Part shown: in pieces, positions 45,471 to 55,194 of the stretch
Numbering within the stretch: the stretch's first letter is position 1
Layout of the letters: each line of letters starts with the position of its first letter
Translations under genes and position numbers: made by a program
From: Candidatus Vogelbacteria bacterium RIFOXYD1_FULL_44_32
Lineage (GTDB): Bacteria > Patescibacteriota > Minisyncoccia > Phycocordibacterales > XYD1-FULL-46-19
DNA length: 64,000 nt
Reading direction: 5' to 3'
Assembly (NCBI GenBank): GCA_001823065.1
Contig: MHTJ01000003.1
Span: 106,869-170,868 of the forward strand
Notes under the pieces: model-generated
The model's database searches: none
The model's input: only the letters and a program-made list of their open reading frames with translations
What the model was told of the DNA's origin: nothing

Positions 45471-45557
45471 GAGAATAATTTAGAAATGAGAAATGGGGTC
45501 GGGCACTATTAATCTATGCATAATCCCACTGGGAAGTAATTTGCTATAATTAAACAT

Positions 45558-45842
45558 ATGATTAAAGAATATATTTCTTACCTAAAAGACAATCCACAGG
45601 GGCTGTGGTTTAAGCGAAAGCTCTATGGCTGGGGTTGGGTGCCAGTGCGCTGGCAGGGTTGGCTGGTGGTGGCTATTGCCATTACTCTGGTTACTTTCTG
45701 TATTTATATTGGCGACACCGATGATGCTCCCGGGGCGGCGGGCTTGGGGGTTTTGCTCGCCGTGGTGCTAATATTTACCTTTGGCTATTGGAAGGGTGAA
45801 AAACCCCGCTGGCAGTGGGGACCACCGAAAGAGAAGGAATAG
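45558..45842 (+). CDS. small membrane protein (94 aa)
   Basis: Two TM helices and Trp-rich ends. Confidence 0.4.
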   Translation: MIKEYISYLKDNPQGLWFKRKLYGWGWVPVRWQGWLVVAIAITLVTFCIYIGDTDDAPGAAGLGVLLAVVLIFTFGYWKGEKPRWQWGPPKEKE

Positions 45843-45846
45843 TTTT

Positions 45847-46098
45847 ATGACTAAGAAAGAGATTAGTACTAAAGTGGTACATAAATTGCCTACGGATTTA
45901 CGACAGGCTTTAATGAAAACACCGACAGCGCAAGCCGTCTGGGCAGATATTACACCACTGGCCCGTAATGAGTGGATTTGCTGGGTGACCTCCGGCCAGA
46001 AAGCCGAGACCAGAAATATTCGGATTGAAAAGGCAATTTCGAAACTTAAAGGCGGAATGCGCCGGCCTTGTTGTTGGGCTGGTTGCCCGCATCGGTGA
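45847..46098 (+). CDS. YdeI/OmdA-like small protein with a C-terminal CCWxGC motif
   Basis: The start is reset to MTKKE. The C-terminus is RRPCCWAGCPHR. The family assignment is tentative. Confidence 0.4.
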   Translation: MTKKEISTKVVHKLPTDLRQALMKTPTAQAVWADITPLARNEWICWVTSGQKAETRNIRIEKAISKLKGGMRRPCCWAGCPHR

Positions 46099-46185
46099 AA
46101 TAAATGGTTTTCCTGTTAAAATTCCCATCGGCCGGGCCTATGGAATTCAAGTTTGATTTATTATTGATTCTGTATAAAGATATGA

Positions 46186-46343
46186 CCATGTTAGAAGACA
46201 AAGATCCAGACGAAATTAAAGAAATTATTGAAATAGCCCAAAATCACGGCTTAGATATGGATGAGGCCGAGCAGATTAAAGAGATTATGGATGAACAGGG
46301 CCTCGATGAAGATGATGCTGTTACCCTGAAGGATTATTTTTGA
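46186..46343 (+). CDS. small highly acidic protein (about 52 aa)
   Basis: MTMLEDKDPDEIKEIIEIAQNHGLDMDEAEQIKEIMDEQGLDEDDAVTLKDYF. The longer ORF listed from 46104 is probably over-extended. Confidence 0.35.
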
Positions 46344-46365
46344 TTAGAGAAAAAGTGATAAAATT

Positions 46366-47100
46366 ATGAAAATAAATATAAAGGAGACTCTAAAATTTTT
46401 TGATCAAAGACAAAATAGTCGTGGTCATGCGTCTGCTATAGCCGGAGTCGTCGGTGAAGATCTCAATGCTTTTGTGTTCAAACATTATATGGAATTTGAA
46501 TTAAAAGCTAAGACAGTAAAAATTTTTGCTGGTCCAGTCAAACAAGGTACTAAGAAAGGTAAGTGGCTTGATAGATGGATATATGTTGAGGAAAGAGACG
46601 GCACTAAAATATTATATCAATGTGAAATAAAGAGTTGGTCGGCGGCTGCTTTTGGGGGACAAGATTTACTAGAGAAAGAAGGACTAGAAAGCGATGATAC
46701 TAAAAAAGTTGCTCTAAACCATTGGGAAAAACAGAAAAAGTTATTTTCAAAAGATAAAGAACCCAATCTTGTGACAAAAACGCTTGTACGAATGGATCCT
46801 AATCGCAATAAAGAGGTGAAGGAATTTCTAAAAGAGAGAAGGATAAATAAGAAAGATTATAAACAGAAACCACTTTTACTATATTGGATGCCTATTTCTA
46901 ATGAAGAAGACCGCACCCCTTTTTTCTCAGAGAAAGTGTTGAAGTTAAAAATAAATTTTAAATCAAATTTTAAGGAGAAATTGTATATATTTTCTGTTTC
47001 TTTATATCTCCGTAAATTAGGTAAAAAGAAATTTCTACCCTTAAATATGCCTAATGTTAAAAAACGCATAGACATACTAAATAAGATTGTAGTTTCATAA
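46366..47100 (+). CDS. hypothetical protein (244 aa), AT-rich, with a possible PD-(D/E)xK-like motif
   Basis: YVEERDG...YQCEIKSW gives a D...ExK spacing. Very AT-rich and Lys-rich. Confidence 0.4.
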   Translation: MKINIKETLKFFDQRQNSRGHASAIAGVVGEDLNAFVFKHYMEFELKAKTVKIFAGPVKQGTKKGKWLDRWIYVEERDGTKILYQCEIKSWSAAAFGGQDLLEKEGLESDDTKKVALNHWEKQKKLFSKDKEPNLVTKTLVRMDPNRNKEVKEFLKERRINKKDYKQKPLLLYWMPISNEEDRTPFFSEKVLKLKINFKSNFKEKLYIFSVSLYLRKLGKKKFLPLNMPNVKKRIDILNKIVVS

Positions 47101-47108
47101 TCTACTTC

Positions 47109-48221
47109 ATGCCCACCCTAATTCACCTTCGCAATCAGATTTTACATTTTGGGTATGTGCTTTTAATTAAACCCATTTTGTTTAGGTTTAACCCAGAGTT
47201 TGTGCATGACCGGACAGTAGGGCTGGGACACTGGTTGGGCAAATTTGGCGTGACGCGTTTTTTAGGGCGGCTGTTGTTTTCCTACGCTGACCCCACCCTC
47301 AGGCAACAAATTGGTAATTTGTATTTTAAAAACCCAGTGGGCTTGGCGGCTGGCTTTGATAAAAATAGCCAGATGCTAAATTGGTTGCCAGCGCTTGGTT
47401 TTGGTTTTATTGAAGTGGGTTCGCTGACCGCTAAACCTGGGTCGGGGAACCCGGGCCAGCATTTGTGGCGATTGCCTAAGTCCAAGGGACTGGCCGTAAA
47501 TTTTGGTCTGAAAAATGATGGCGTGGAGGCCATCAAACCGCGCATCAAAAAAAATATTATCCCCGTCGGGACCAATTTGGCTTTTACCAATGATGCCTCT
47601 ACTTCGACCGTGCCTTTGGCCATTGCTGATTTTGCTTATTCTTTCTCAGCTCTAGCTGACACGGGGGACTATTTTACGCTAAATATTAGTTGCCCCAACC
47701 AAACCAATGACCGCCTGTTTTGGGACCCAGTTGCCCTCGACCAGCTCCTAGCGCGGTTGTTTGCTATTACCACCACTAAACCAGTGTTTATCAAAATCAG
47801 CCCCGACATGACGCCGGATATTATTGACGAAGTGGTGGCGGTGGCGACCCGCTACCCCATTGCTGGTTTTATAATTTCTAATTTAACCAAAGACCGAAAT
47901 AACCCGCGCGTGCTAGACCAAAGTGTGCCTCCTGTCGGGGGGATGAGTGGTAAAGTGGTGGCGGAACTGGCTGATCGAGCTATCGCGCAAGTGTATAAAA
48001 AAACCGGTGGCCAATATACCATCATCGGTTGTGGGGGGATTTTTTCCGCTACCGATGCCTATCATAAAATTGGTTTGGGGGCGTCGCTCTTGCAACTTGT
48101 TACTGGGCTAGTATTTGAGGGCCCCCAGCTTGTTAGTGAGATTAATTTGGGTTTGGCTAAACTTTTACGGCAAAATGGTTATAAAAATATTCAAGAAGCT
48201 GTGGGTTGGAAGGGGAGGTAA
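47109..48221 (+). CDS. pyrD: dihydroorotate dehydrogenase (quinone-dependent, class 2)
   Basis: NPVGLAAGFDKN and IEVGS motifs plus an N-terminal membrane-association helix. Confidence 0.85.
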   Translation: MPTLIHLRNQILHFGYVLLIKPILFRFNPEFVHDRTVGLGHWLGKFGVTRFLGRLLFSYADPTLRQQIGNLYFKNPVGLAAGFDKNSQMLNWLPALGFGFIEVGSLTAKPGSGNPGQHLWRLPKSKGLAVNFGLKNDGVEAIKPRIKKNIIPVGTNLAFTNDASTSTVPLAIADFAYSFSALADTGDYFTLNISCPNQTNDRLFWDPVALDQLLARLFAITTTKPVFIKISPDMTPDIIDEVVAVATRYPIAGFIISNLTKDRNNPRVLDQSVPPVGGMSGKVVAELADRAIAQVYKKTGGQYTIIGCGGIFSATDAYHKIGLGASLLQLVTGLVFEGPQLVSEINLGLAKLLRQNGYKNIQEAVGWKGR

Positions 48222-48231
48222 TTGGGGTATA

Positions 48232-50076
48232 ATGACTAAAATTATGAAAAAATTATTTTTGTTGGCTTTTACTACAATTATTGGCGTTGGGGGTATTTTA
48301 GGAGTTGCTTATGCCCAAGACCAAACCAATTCCGCTGAATCGATAATCTCTTTTGTTTCTAATATTATTGTAAATCAAGATAATTCGGTTGATGTCACAG
48401 AAGTGATTACCTATAACACCGGGCCGGTCGAGCGTCATGGTATTTATAGAGATATTTACCTCTACTCCTCCCAAGACAGAAAAATGTCTTTTGAAAATAT
48501 AAGTGTGACCGATGAAACTGGTGTTCCATATATTTTCCAAACCTCGGCCTATGGCAAAAATACTAGAATAAAAATTGGCAGTCCAGCGGAAACATTTACT
48601 GGTCAGAAAAATTATATTATTAAATACCGTGCAACTAGGGCGGTTGGCCAGTTGGCTGATTTTGATGAAATATATTGGAATGTGACCGGCAACGAGTGGA
48701 ATATACCTATTTATAAAACGGAAGCTTCGGTTGTTTTGCCGGCTAGGGCCCCGCTGACCCAATCGGCTTGTTATTATGGCAATAAAGGCAGTACTAATAA
48801 ATGTGAGCTGGTCAATAGGGATAACAATATTTATACCTTTAATAGCCCGTCTCTACTTAGGGCAAATGAAGGCCTGACTGTTGCTGTGGGGTTTGCCAAG
48901 GGGGTAACCACTCCTTATTCTGCGGAAGACGAGGCCGCTAATTTTTTTAGTAAATACTGGAGTTGGATGGTGGCGGGAATTTTACCAATTTTGTCTCTGC
49001 TTTTTTCACTTTTGTATTGGTATAAGAAAGGTCGGGATGCCCGAGGAGCAGGTGTGATTGTGCCTCAATATGATGTGCCTGATAATTTATCTCCAATGGA
49101 AGTGGCGGCCATTGCCAATGAAAATTTATCTGACGATAATGTTTCGGCGGAAATTATTTATTTGGCTACTAAAGGTTATTTGAAGATTAACCAATTGGAG
49201 GAGCGATTTATTAAATTTATAAAATCGGTTGATTATGAATTAGTAAAATTAAAAGATTCAGCTGATTTGCCAAATGAGTTTGACCGGAAATTGCTCGATG
49301 GTCTATTTACCGCCAAACCTAAATTTAAATCACTTGATTTGTTGAAGGGCGGCTTTTCTAGACAAAAACTTATGGCTATGGCCTTAGAGCCAGAGGTTTC
49401 GGTTCAGACAATTAAATTATCGGAACTTGCCAACAGTTTTTTTGGTAAAGCTCATTTGGTAGTGGTCGCGGTTTTAGATAGTCTATTAAATAAGGGCTAT
49501 TACAAAAATTTAGGTCGCATGAAAAACGGTCTCGGCAGTAGAATCTTCATACTGGCGTTTATGTCTGTTTGGGCGTCTGGATTTTTTGGGGCAATTTTGG
49601 GCATGCTAATTTTTAGAGCAGACAATCCCTTTCCTTTTATGGTTGGGATATTTTTCTCAATTATTATTTATGGGATAATTTCTCATTTCAGCCCAGCTAA
49701 AACAGAAAAGGGAACTCTAGCTAAAGAGTATATTCTGGGACTAAAAGATTATTTGCAAATTGCGGAAAAAGATCGCTTGCAATTTCACAATGCGCCGGAA
49801 AAAAGCCCCGAGGTTTTTGAAAAGCTTTTACCTTATGCGCTGGCTTTAGGGGTGGTAGACATTTGGGCCAAAGAATTTGAGGGGATATATAAGGCACCGC
49901 CGGAGTGGTATTCGGGACCAACTGGTAACAATTTTAGTGCGATTGCTTTTGGTCACTCAATGTCTAGTTTTAGTTCGGCAACTTCTTCCTTATCCTCGTC
50001 TTCAGGAGGGGGCGGTAGTGGTGGTGGAGGGTCTTCTGGTGGCGGTGGGGGCGGGGGAGGAGGTGGTGGTTGGTAA
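48232..50076 (+). CDS. DUF2207-family membrane protein with a poly-Gly/Ser C-terminal tail
   Basis: Signal/TM N-terminus, a large extracytoplasmic domain, TM helices and a SSSGGGGSGGGGSSGGGGGGGGGGGW tail. The start is reset to MTKIMKK after the aggggagg SD. Confidence 0.65.
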   Translation: MTKIMKKLFLLAFTTIIGVGGILGVAYAQDQTNSAESIISFVSNIIVNQDNSVDVTEVITYNTGPVERHGIYRDIYLYSSQDRKMSFENISVTDETGVPYIFQTSAYGKNTRIKIGSPAETFTGQKNYIIKYRATRAVGQLADFDEIYWNVTGNEWNIPIYKTEASVVLPARAPLTQSACYYGNKGSTNKCELVNRDNNIYTFNSPSLLRANEGLTVAVGFAKGVTTPYSAEDEAANFFSKYWSWMVAGILPILSLLFSLLYWYKKGRDARGAGVIVPQYDVPDNLSPMEVAAIANENLSDDNVSAEIIYLATKGYLKINQLEERFIKFIKSVDYELVKLKDSADLPNEFDRKLLDGLFTAKPKFKSLDLLKGGFSRQKLMAMALEPEVSVQTIKLSELANSFFGKAHLVVVAVLDSLLNKGYYKNLGRMKNGLGSRIFILAFMSVWASGFFGAILGMLIFRADNPFPFMVGIFFSIIIYGIISHFSPAKTEKGTLAKEYILGLKDYLQIAEKDRLQFHNAPEKSPEVFEKLLPYALALGVVDIWAKEFEGIYKAPPEWYSGPTGNNFSAIAFGHSMSSFSSATSSLSSSSGGGGSGGGGSSGGGGGGGGGGGW

Positions 50077-50091
50077 AACTTTACAGCCAAT

Positions 50092-50448
50092 ATGAACCCT
50101 CTTACCCCTGCCGAAAAACAAGTGATAATAGACAAAGGCACCGAGCCGGCTTTTACGGGTGAATATGTAAACACTAAAGCGACGGGGGTGTATGTGTGTC
50201 GGCAGTGTGAGACGCCACTCTATAACTCGCAAGATAAATTTGAGTCAGACTGCGGCTGGCCCAGTTTTGATGATGAAATACCGGGGGCGGTGCTAAAAAG
50301 TGTTGACCAAGACGGCCGGCGGACAGAAATAACTTGTGCCAACTGTGGTGGCCACCTGGGCCACCTGTTTACCGGCGAAAATATGACGCCGAAAAATGTT
50401 CGACATTGCGTGAATTCGATTTCGCTTCGGTTTGTGGCCGGAAACTGA
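50092..50448 (+). CDS. msrB: peptide-methionine (R)-S-oxide reductase MsrB
   Basis: Two CxxC pairs (CRQCETPL and [10 protein letters not shown]) and RHCVNS. Confidence 0.9.
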   Translation: MNPLTPAEKQVIIDKGTEPAFTGEYVNTKATGVYVCRQCETPLYNSQDKFESDCGWPSFDDEIPGAVLKSVDQDGRRTEITCANCGGHLGHLFTGENMTPKNVRHCVNSISLRFVAGN

Positions 50449-50454
50449 AAATTT

Positions 50455-50530
50455 TGGTGGGCGGTACAAGATTCGAACTTGTGACATCAACAACGTCAAT
50501 GTTGCGCTCTACCAACTGAGCTAACCGCCC
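50455..50530 (-). tRNA. tRNA-Val (anticodon GAC), CCA encoded
   Basis: Reverse complement GGGCGGTTAGCTCAGTTGGTAGAGCGCAACATTGACGTTGTTG...TTCGAATCTTGTACCGCCCACCA. Confidence 0.85.
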
Positions 50531-50774
50531 TAAAACATCCCTGATTTCATCGGGATGTTCGGGCGTCCACTTATGGCGGATTAGTCCCAAAATCCCTAAG
50601 CTCCGCCACGGCCGAGCCGGGCGAACAATTCAAAAAATTGTTTTAGCCTAAAACTAACCCTTAAAATCTAGCAAATTTTTAATTGTTAGTCGAGAAAATA
50701 TCTTATTGATTTAAGCTAATAAAAGTGGTAGTAATTTTTTAGGAAACAGGTCTGCAACAGCAAAGGAGAACTAA

Positions 50775-51623
50775 ATGTTAATTTCAGCCTATGTGCCAAA
50801 CGGCACAAAACGAGGAGAGGTGGTTGTCAATTGGTCTCTGACACAAGAAGAGATTACCACCTTGCAATCGCAAGAAAAGGCAGGTGGAATGTGGGTGTTG
50901 TTTATTCTCGCCACTAGGTGGTTCAACCGAAGTGCCACGAGGCAGAGGTGGTTTGAAATTGAAAGGCGGGTAGAAAGGATAAGCTCAAGTGGTCCCCGAC
51001 CGATTTTGTTCCAAACCACCCTACTGGGAGAGTATGCGGTGATTGGTTTGGTGATTTATGCCACAGACCAAACCATGGGTTCGCCCAAAAAGTGGCTGAT
51101 GGCCAAGCCGTCGTATACTGATGGAGAATACCGCGACCTTTTGGTTGAGGATGATTGGTCGGGCAAGCCCGATGACAATCCTCTCCGGTCAGGATATCGA
51201 GAGGGGATTTTTGACTCATTTGGTGGATTTTGCAGTGAAAAGTGGTGGCGGTATCCGGCAAAGCCGGCGGTGAAGTTGGTTGAAGTGACCGCCAACGATT
51301 TCGTCACTCCGACATGGGATTGGAAATTATTACACTTGGTTCAGGACTCGCGCACAGTCCGGACCCCTGCTGATTTGTGGAGGAGGAGGCTCTTCTGTTG
51401 GCTGGGGCTACCGATTGCTGGGCTTTTGGCCCTGGTTTGCTTGTTTGCCTTTTTGTTTCTTGTTTGTTATATCCTCATTTACTACTGGGTAGTAGTGGTT
51501 GGGGCTATCCTGGGGGGCATACTTGTGTTGTTTTTCGAATGGGTTTGGGGGTATGCACGGACTAAGGCGGCGGAAATACAAAACAGGAGAACAAAAAAAC
51601 ACCTTTTGCGCTACAAAAAATAG
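50775..51623 (+). CDS. hypothetical membrane protein (282 aa), GC-rich
   Basis: ORF with C-terminal TM helices and Trp-rich segments. Confidence 0.45.
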   Translation: MLISAYVPNGTKRGEVVVNWSLTQEEITTLQSQEKAGGMWVLFILATRWFNRSATRQRWFEIERRVERISSSGPRPILFQTTLLGEYAVIGLVIYATDQTMGSPKKWLMAKPSYTDGEYRDLLVEDDWSGKPDDNPLRSGYREGIFDSFGGFCSEKWWRYPAKPAVKLVEVTANDFVTPTWDWKLLHLVQDSRTVRTPADLWRRRLFCWLGLPIAGLLALVCLFAFLFLVCYILIYYWVVVVGAILGGILVLFFEWVWGYARTKAAEIQNRRTKKHLLRYKK

Positions 51624-51642
51624 TGCAAACTATGACGCGTTT

Positions 51643-51676
51643 CCCTCGGTACCACCAGTACCGAGGGTTTTATTTT
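51643..51676. terminator. bidirectional rho-independent terminator
   Basis: ccctcggtac-cacca-gtaccgaggg flanked by an A-run and a T-run, between convergent genes. Confidence 0.7.
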
Positions 51677-52608
51677 AAATGCAACCAGCGGTAAATATCT
51701 TCAACGGCTTTCACAGCATCACCGGCGGCAATATTGTTTTGATGGTACAGGGCATCAGTACAATCACCGGCGGCCCAGATACCGTCGGTAGTTGTTTTTT
51801 GATTGAGGGCGTCGATTTTGATGGCACCAAAATCGTTGGTGGCTAAAATATTTTTAGCCCAAGCGGTATTAGGTAGAAAACCAATCTCCACAAAAATACC
51901 AGTCACTGGTAGTTCTTTAATTTCGCCACTAATTTTATCTTTGTAAACTAAACCAGTGACAAATTTATCACCTTTCACCTCGACAATTTCAGTATTTAAA
52001 ATGCCAGTCATTTTGGGATTGGCCAAAACTTTGTCCACGGTAATTTTGTCCGCTTTAAAGTCGGCATTTTTATGGAGCAGGGTAACTGATTTACAGTAGG
52101 CCAAGAGTTGAGCGGCGGACTCAAAACCAGCATTACCACCACCAATCACCACCACATCTTGGTCGGCAAACATCGGGCCATCGCAGGTGGCGCAGTAGGT
52201 GAGACCTTTTTGGTCAAATTCAGTGGCTCCTGGCACGGCTAGTTTGCGCCTGACCGAGCCAGCGGTGATTAGCACCGTTTTACCCTCGGCGCTTTGGCCG
52301 TCGGCGGTGGTGACGACAAATAGGTCGCCAGATTTAGCTAGACCAACCACTCGGCCGGCCTGACCGGTCTGGATGACGCAATTGGCCCCCTCGTAGGCCC
52401 GCAAATGACTCTCGAGGGCCTTGGCTAGGTCGGAACCAGAAATAGACTGGGTGCCGATCCAGTTGTGAATATCGGGCGAAACAGCTGATTGGCCCCCAAA
52501 GTCGGGGGTCAGGACCAAGGTTTTTAGTTTTTTGCGAGCCGAGTAAACACCAGCGGCGGTGCCAGCTGGACCACCACCGATAATAATAAGGTCGTAGAGC
52601 ATAGACAT
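51670..52608 (-). CDS. trxB: thioredoxin reductase
   Basis: GGGPAG FAD motif, CATC redox centre and a GGGNAG NADPH motif. Confidence 0.9.
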   Translation of the reverse strand: MSMLYDLIIIGGGPAGTAAGVYSARKKLKTLVLTPDFGGQSAVSPDIHNWIGTQSISGSDLAKALESHLRAYEGANCVIQTGQAGRVVGLAKSGDLFVVTTADGQSAEGKTVLITAGSVRRKLAVPGATEFDQKGLTYCATCDGPMFADQDVVVIGGGNAGFESAAQLLAYCKSVTLLHKNADFKADKITVDKVLANPKMTGILNTEIVEVKGDKFVTGLVYKDKISGEIKELPVTGIFVEIGFLPNTAWAKNILATNDFGAIKIDALNQKTTTDGIWAAGDCTDALYHQNNIAAGDAVKAVEDIYRWLHLK

Positions 52609-52652
52609 AAGTTAAAATTAAAAATGTCTGTATATTGTAGCAGAGGGATGAA

Positions 52653-52706
52653 AAAACGAAAACTCCCCCGCCGGGCTAGCTCGGCGGGGGAGTTTTCGTT
52701 TTTTAA
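52653..52706 (-). terminator. rho-independent terminator downstream of ftsZ
   Basis: aaaacgaaaactcccccgccg-ggctagc-tcggcgggggagttttcgtttt, a long stem followed by T-runs. Confidence 0.7.
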
Positions 52707-52709
52707 AAT

Positions 52710-53882
52710 TTACTTTTTTCCCCGTCTTAGGAAAGCGGGAATTGAGGACCAGTCGTCATCTTCTTCCTCAGTCTCGGGTTTTTCGGGGTCAATCACTTGG
52801 GTGCGGGGCGGGGCGGGGCGGGTTGGTCCTGGATTGGGGGTTGAAGCTGGTGTACCTCTGTTATCTTTAGTCTCACCTTCTTTACTGGTGGTATCAAAAC
52901 CAAAGAGACCACTTTTTTTCTTTTGTGATTCTGGAAAACCGCAAGCAATCACAGTCACCTTGATTTCGCTTTTCTTGAGTTTGTCATCGTGGATGGCGCC
53001 AAAAATAACCTTGGCGTCTTGGTCAATCGATTCGGTAATCACTTTGGCCGCTTCTTGAATCTCAAACATTGTCATATCGGAACCGCCAGCAATAGTAAAG
53101 AGCACACCCTTGGCCCCATCGACAGATAGGTCGAGTAGAGGCGAGTTGATGGCATTGCGGGCGGCCTCGACGGCGCGATTTTCACCTGAGGCGTGACCAA
53201 TACCCATCAGGGCGGAGCCAGCATTTTGCATAATCGCTCGGATGTCGGCAAAATCAACATTGATAATACCGGGGATAGTAATAATATTAGAAATACCCTC
53301 GACCGCTTGACGGAGAATCTCATCACACATGGCAAAAGCCGATTCCGCGGTCGTATCTTTAGAAATTATACCCAAGAGGCGATCGTTGGGGATAACTATG
53401 ACTGCATCAACTTCTTTTTGCAGTTCGGCGAGACCCCGATCAGCCAGCATCATCCGGTGCTTACCTTCAAAAATAAATGGTTTGGTGACAACAGCGACAG
53501 TGAGCGCCCCTTGTTCTTTGGCGGTGCGCGCAATAACGGGGGCGGCCCCAGTGCCAGTCCCTCCCCCTAAGCCACAAGAAACAAAAACCATATCGGCGCC
53601 TTTTATCACATTTTGAATATCCTCTAGACTTTCTTCGGCGGCCTTACGCCCGATTTCTGGGTCCATCCCAGTACCCAGACCGCGGGTTAGATTTTTACCC
53701 ACGTGAACCTTTTTTTGGGCGGTCGAAGCATGGAGGTGTTGGGCATCGGTATTCATAGCAACAAACTCCACACCTCGGACTTTGGCATTGACCATATGAT
53801 TGACCGCATTGGTACCGGAACCACCAACACCAATCACTTTAATGCGAGCAAAGGCTTCAATTTCTGGTTGGATTTTAGGCAT
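52710..53882 (-). CDS. ftsZ: cell division GTPase FtsZ
   Basis: GVGGSGTNAV and GGGTGTGAAPVIA tubulin signature. Confidence 0.95.
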   Translation of the reverse strand: MPKIQPEIEAFARIKVIGVGGSGTNAVNHMVNAKVRGVEFVAMNTDAQHLHASTAQKKVHVGKNLTRGLGTGMDPEIGRKAAEESLEDIQNVIKGADMVFVSCGLGGGTGTGAAPVIARTAKEQGALTVAVVTKPFIFEGKHRMMLADRGLAELQKEVDAVIVIPNDRLLGIISKDTTAESAFAMCDEILRQAVEGISNIITIPGIINVDFADIRAIMQNAGSALMGIGHASGENRAVEAARNAINSPLLDLSVDGAKGVLFTIAGGSDMTMFEIQEAAKVITESIDQDAKVIFGAIHDDKLKKSEIKVTVIACGFPESQKKKSGLFGFDTTSKEGETKDNRGTPASTPNPGPTRPAPPRTQVIDPEKPETEEEDDDWSSIPAFLRRGKK

Positions 53883-54030
53883 AAAGTAAGTCGATTATTC
53901 GGAAAATTATGAGTCTATGGTAACAAAAGGAGGGTAAAAAGCAAATCTCCAAATGCGATACCGATATTACCAATGAATCCAACAAACTATACCTGTCTAC
54001 AGATAGGCAGGCGAATAAAAAAGGAGCAAG

Positions 54031-55194
54031 TTAGGGTAATAGTTCCTTGATCCAGCGGATGATATTGTATTTGGTTTCGCGGGCAATCTTTAGCCCCATC
54101 GATTCCTCGACTTCGCTATCGGCGCCAAAAATACATAAACCATAGGCCACCGACCAGGCGGTATCTCGGATTTGATTGCGGGAAGAAGTGGAGACGGCGG
54201 GCAGGGCGACTTTGGCTGGCAATTTGAAATAATCTTTTGCTAAACTTTCAATCTCGGAAATACCCGAACCCCCGCCAGTAATAATAATGCCGGCGGGCAA
54301 CAAACCATTACGGCCCAGCCGTTTTAAATGATTTTCGATAAATTCAAAAATATCGGAGAGGCGGGCCTCGATAATTTCATTAAGTTTTTTTAGGGGGGTA
54401 TTGGCATCCACCTCGCCGGTTTTTATCTTCTCGGCTTCTTCTAGGGGGATTTGGAAACCTAGTGCGATGTCATTGGTAATATCGGTGGAACCAATGGGGA
54501 AGACACGAATAGAAATAGGCAGACCTTCTTCAAAAATAATAATCGAAGTGGTTTGGGAACCAATATTAGCGAGGACACAGCCAGCGGTTTTTTGTAGCTT
54601 GGTGGTGAGACACAAACTAGCGGCCAGGGGGGAAGCCGCCACGTCTTCCACTTTTACCCCGGCACTTTCTGTGGCCGAGAGTAAATCTTTTAAGTGATTG
54701 GAGGCATAGGTGACAAATAAAACTTGAGCATCAAGACGAGCCCCTTTTAGTCCCTCAGGTCGCCCGGTCACTTTTTTACCGTCTAATTTAAAAGCAATCG
54801 GGACGCGATGAATAATCGACTTATTGGCGGTATCAGGAAGGCCACCTTCCGTGGCTTCAATCGCCCGATTGATATCATTGGCATTTATTTCTGAATCGGC
54901 CCGTGATACAACCACACCCCCTTCAATAATGCGGGACTCAAGGGTGGCCCCACTAACGCCCAAAATAACTGATTTTATTTTAAAGCCAGCGATGCGCTCG
55001 GCCTCTTGGACCGCTTCTTTAATACTGGCCGTCGCTTCATCAAATTGTAAAATATAACCCCGTCGTAGTCCGCGTGAATTTTTTTTAACCAAAGCAATAA
55101 CTTGGGGAACTTGGCTACCATTTTTATACTCGCAGACGACAACGCGAATGCTAGCAGTACCAATATCAAGGCCGGTGACGATGTTTCTGGTCAT
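54031..55194 (-). CDS. ftsA: cell division protein FtsA
   Basis: Actin-like ATPase with an N-terminal GLDIGT motif. It sits upstream of ftsZ. Confidence 0.9.
   Translation of the reverse strand: MTRNIVTGLDIGTASIRVVVCEYKNGSQVPQVIALVKKNSRGLRRGYILQFDEATASIKEAVQEAERIAGFKIKSVILGVSGATLESRIIEGGVVVSRADSEINANDINRAIEATEGGLPDTANKSIIHRVPIAFKLDGKKVTGRPEGLKGARLDAQVLFVTYASNHLKDLLSATESAGVKVEDVAASPLAASLCLTTKLQKTAGCVLANIGSQTTSIIIFEEGLPISIRVFPIGSTDITNDIALGFQIPLEEAEKIKTGEVDANTPLKKLNEIIEARLSDIFEFIENHLKRLGRNGLLPAGIIITGGGSGISEIESLAKDYFKLPAKVALPAVSTSSRNQIRDTAWSVAYGLCIFGADSEVEESMGLKIARETKYNIIRWIKELLP

Noticed and set aside
49953-50232. Minus-strand ORFs containing a poly-Pro run (PPPPPPPPPPPP)
   Set aside because: They are the antisense of the GGC/GGT codons that encode the poly-Gly tail of the DUF2207 protein. 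The result is a pure low-complexity artefact.
50534-50561. 8-bp-arm inverted repeat aacatccc...gggatgtt adjacent to the tRNA-Val 5' end
   Set aside because: There is no U-run and no obvious partner gene. It could be a promoter-associated site, but there is nothing to support a specific call.
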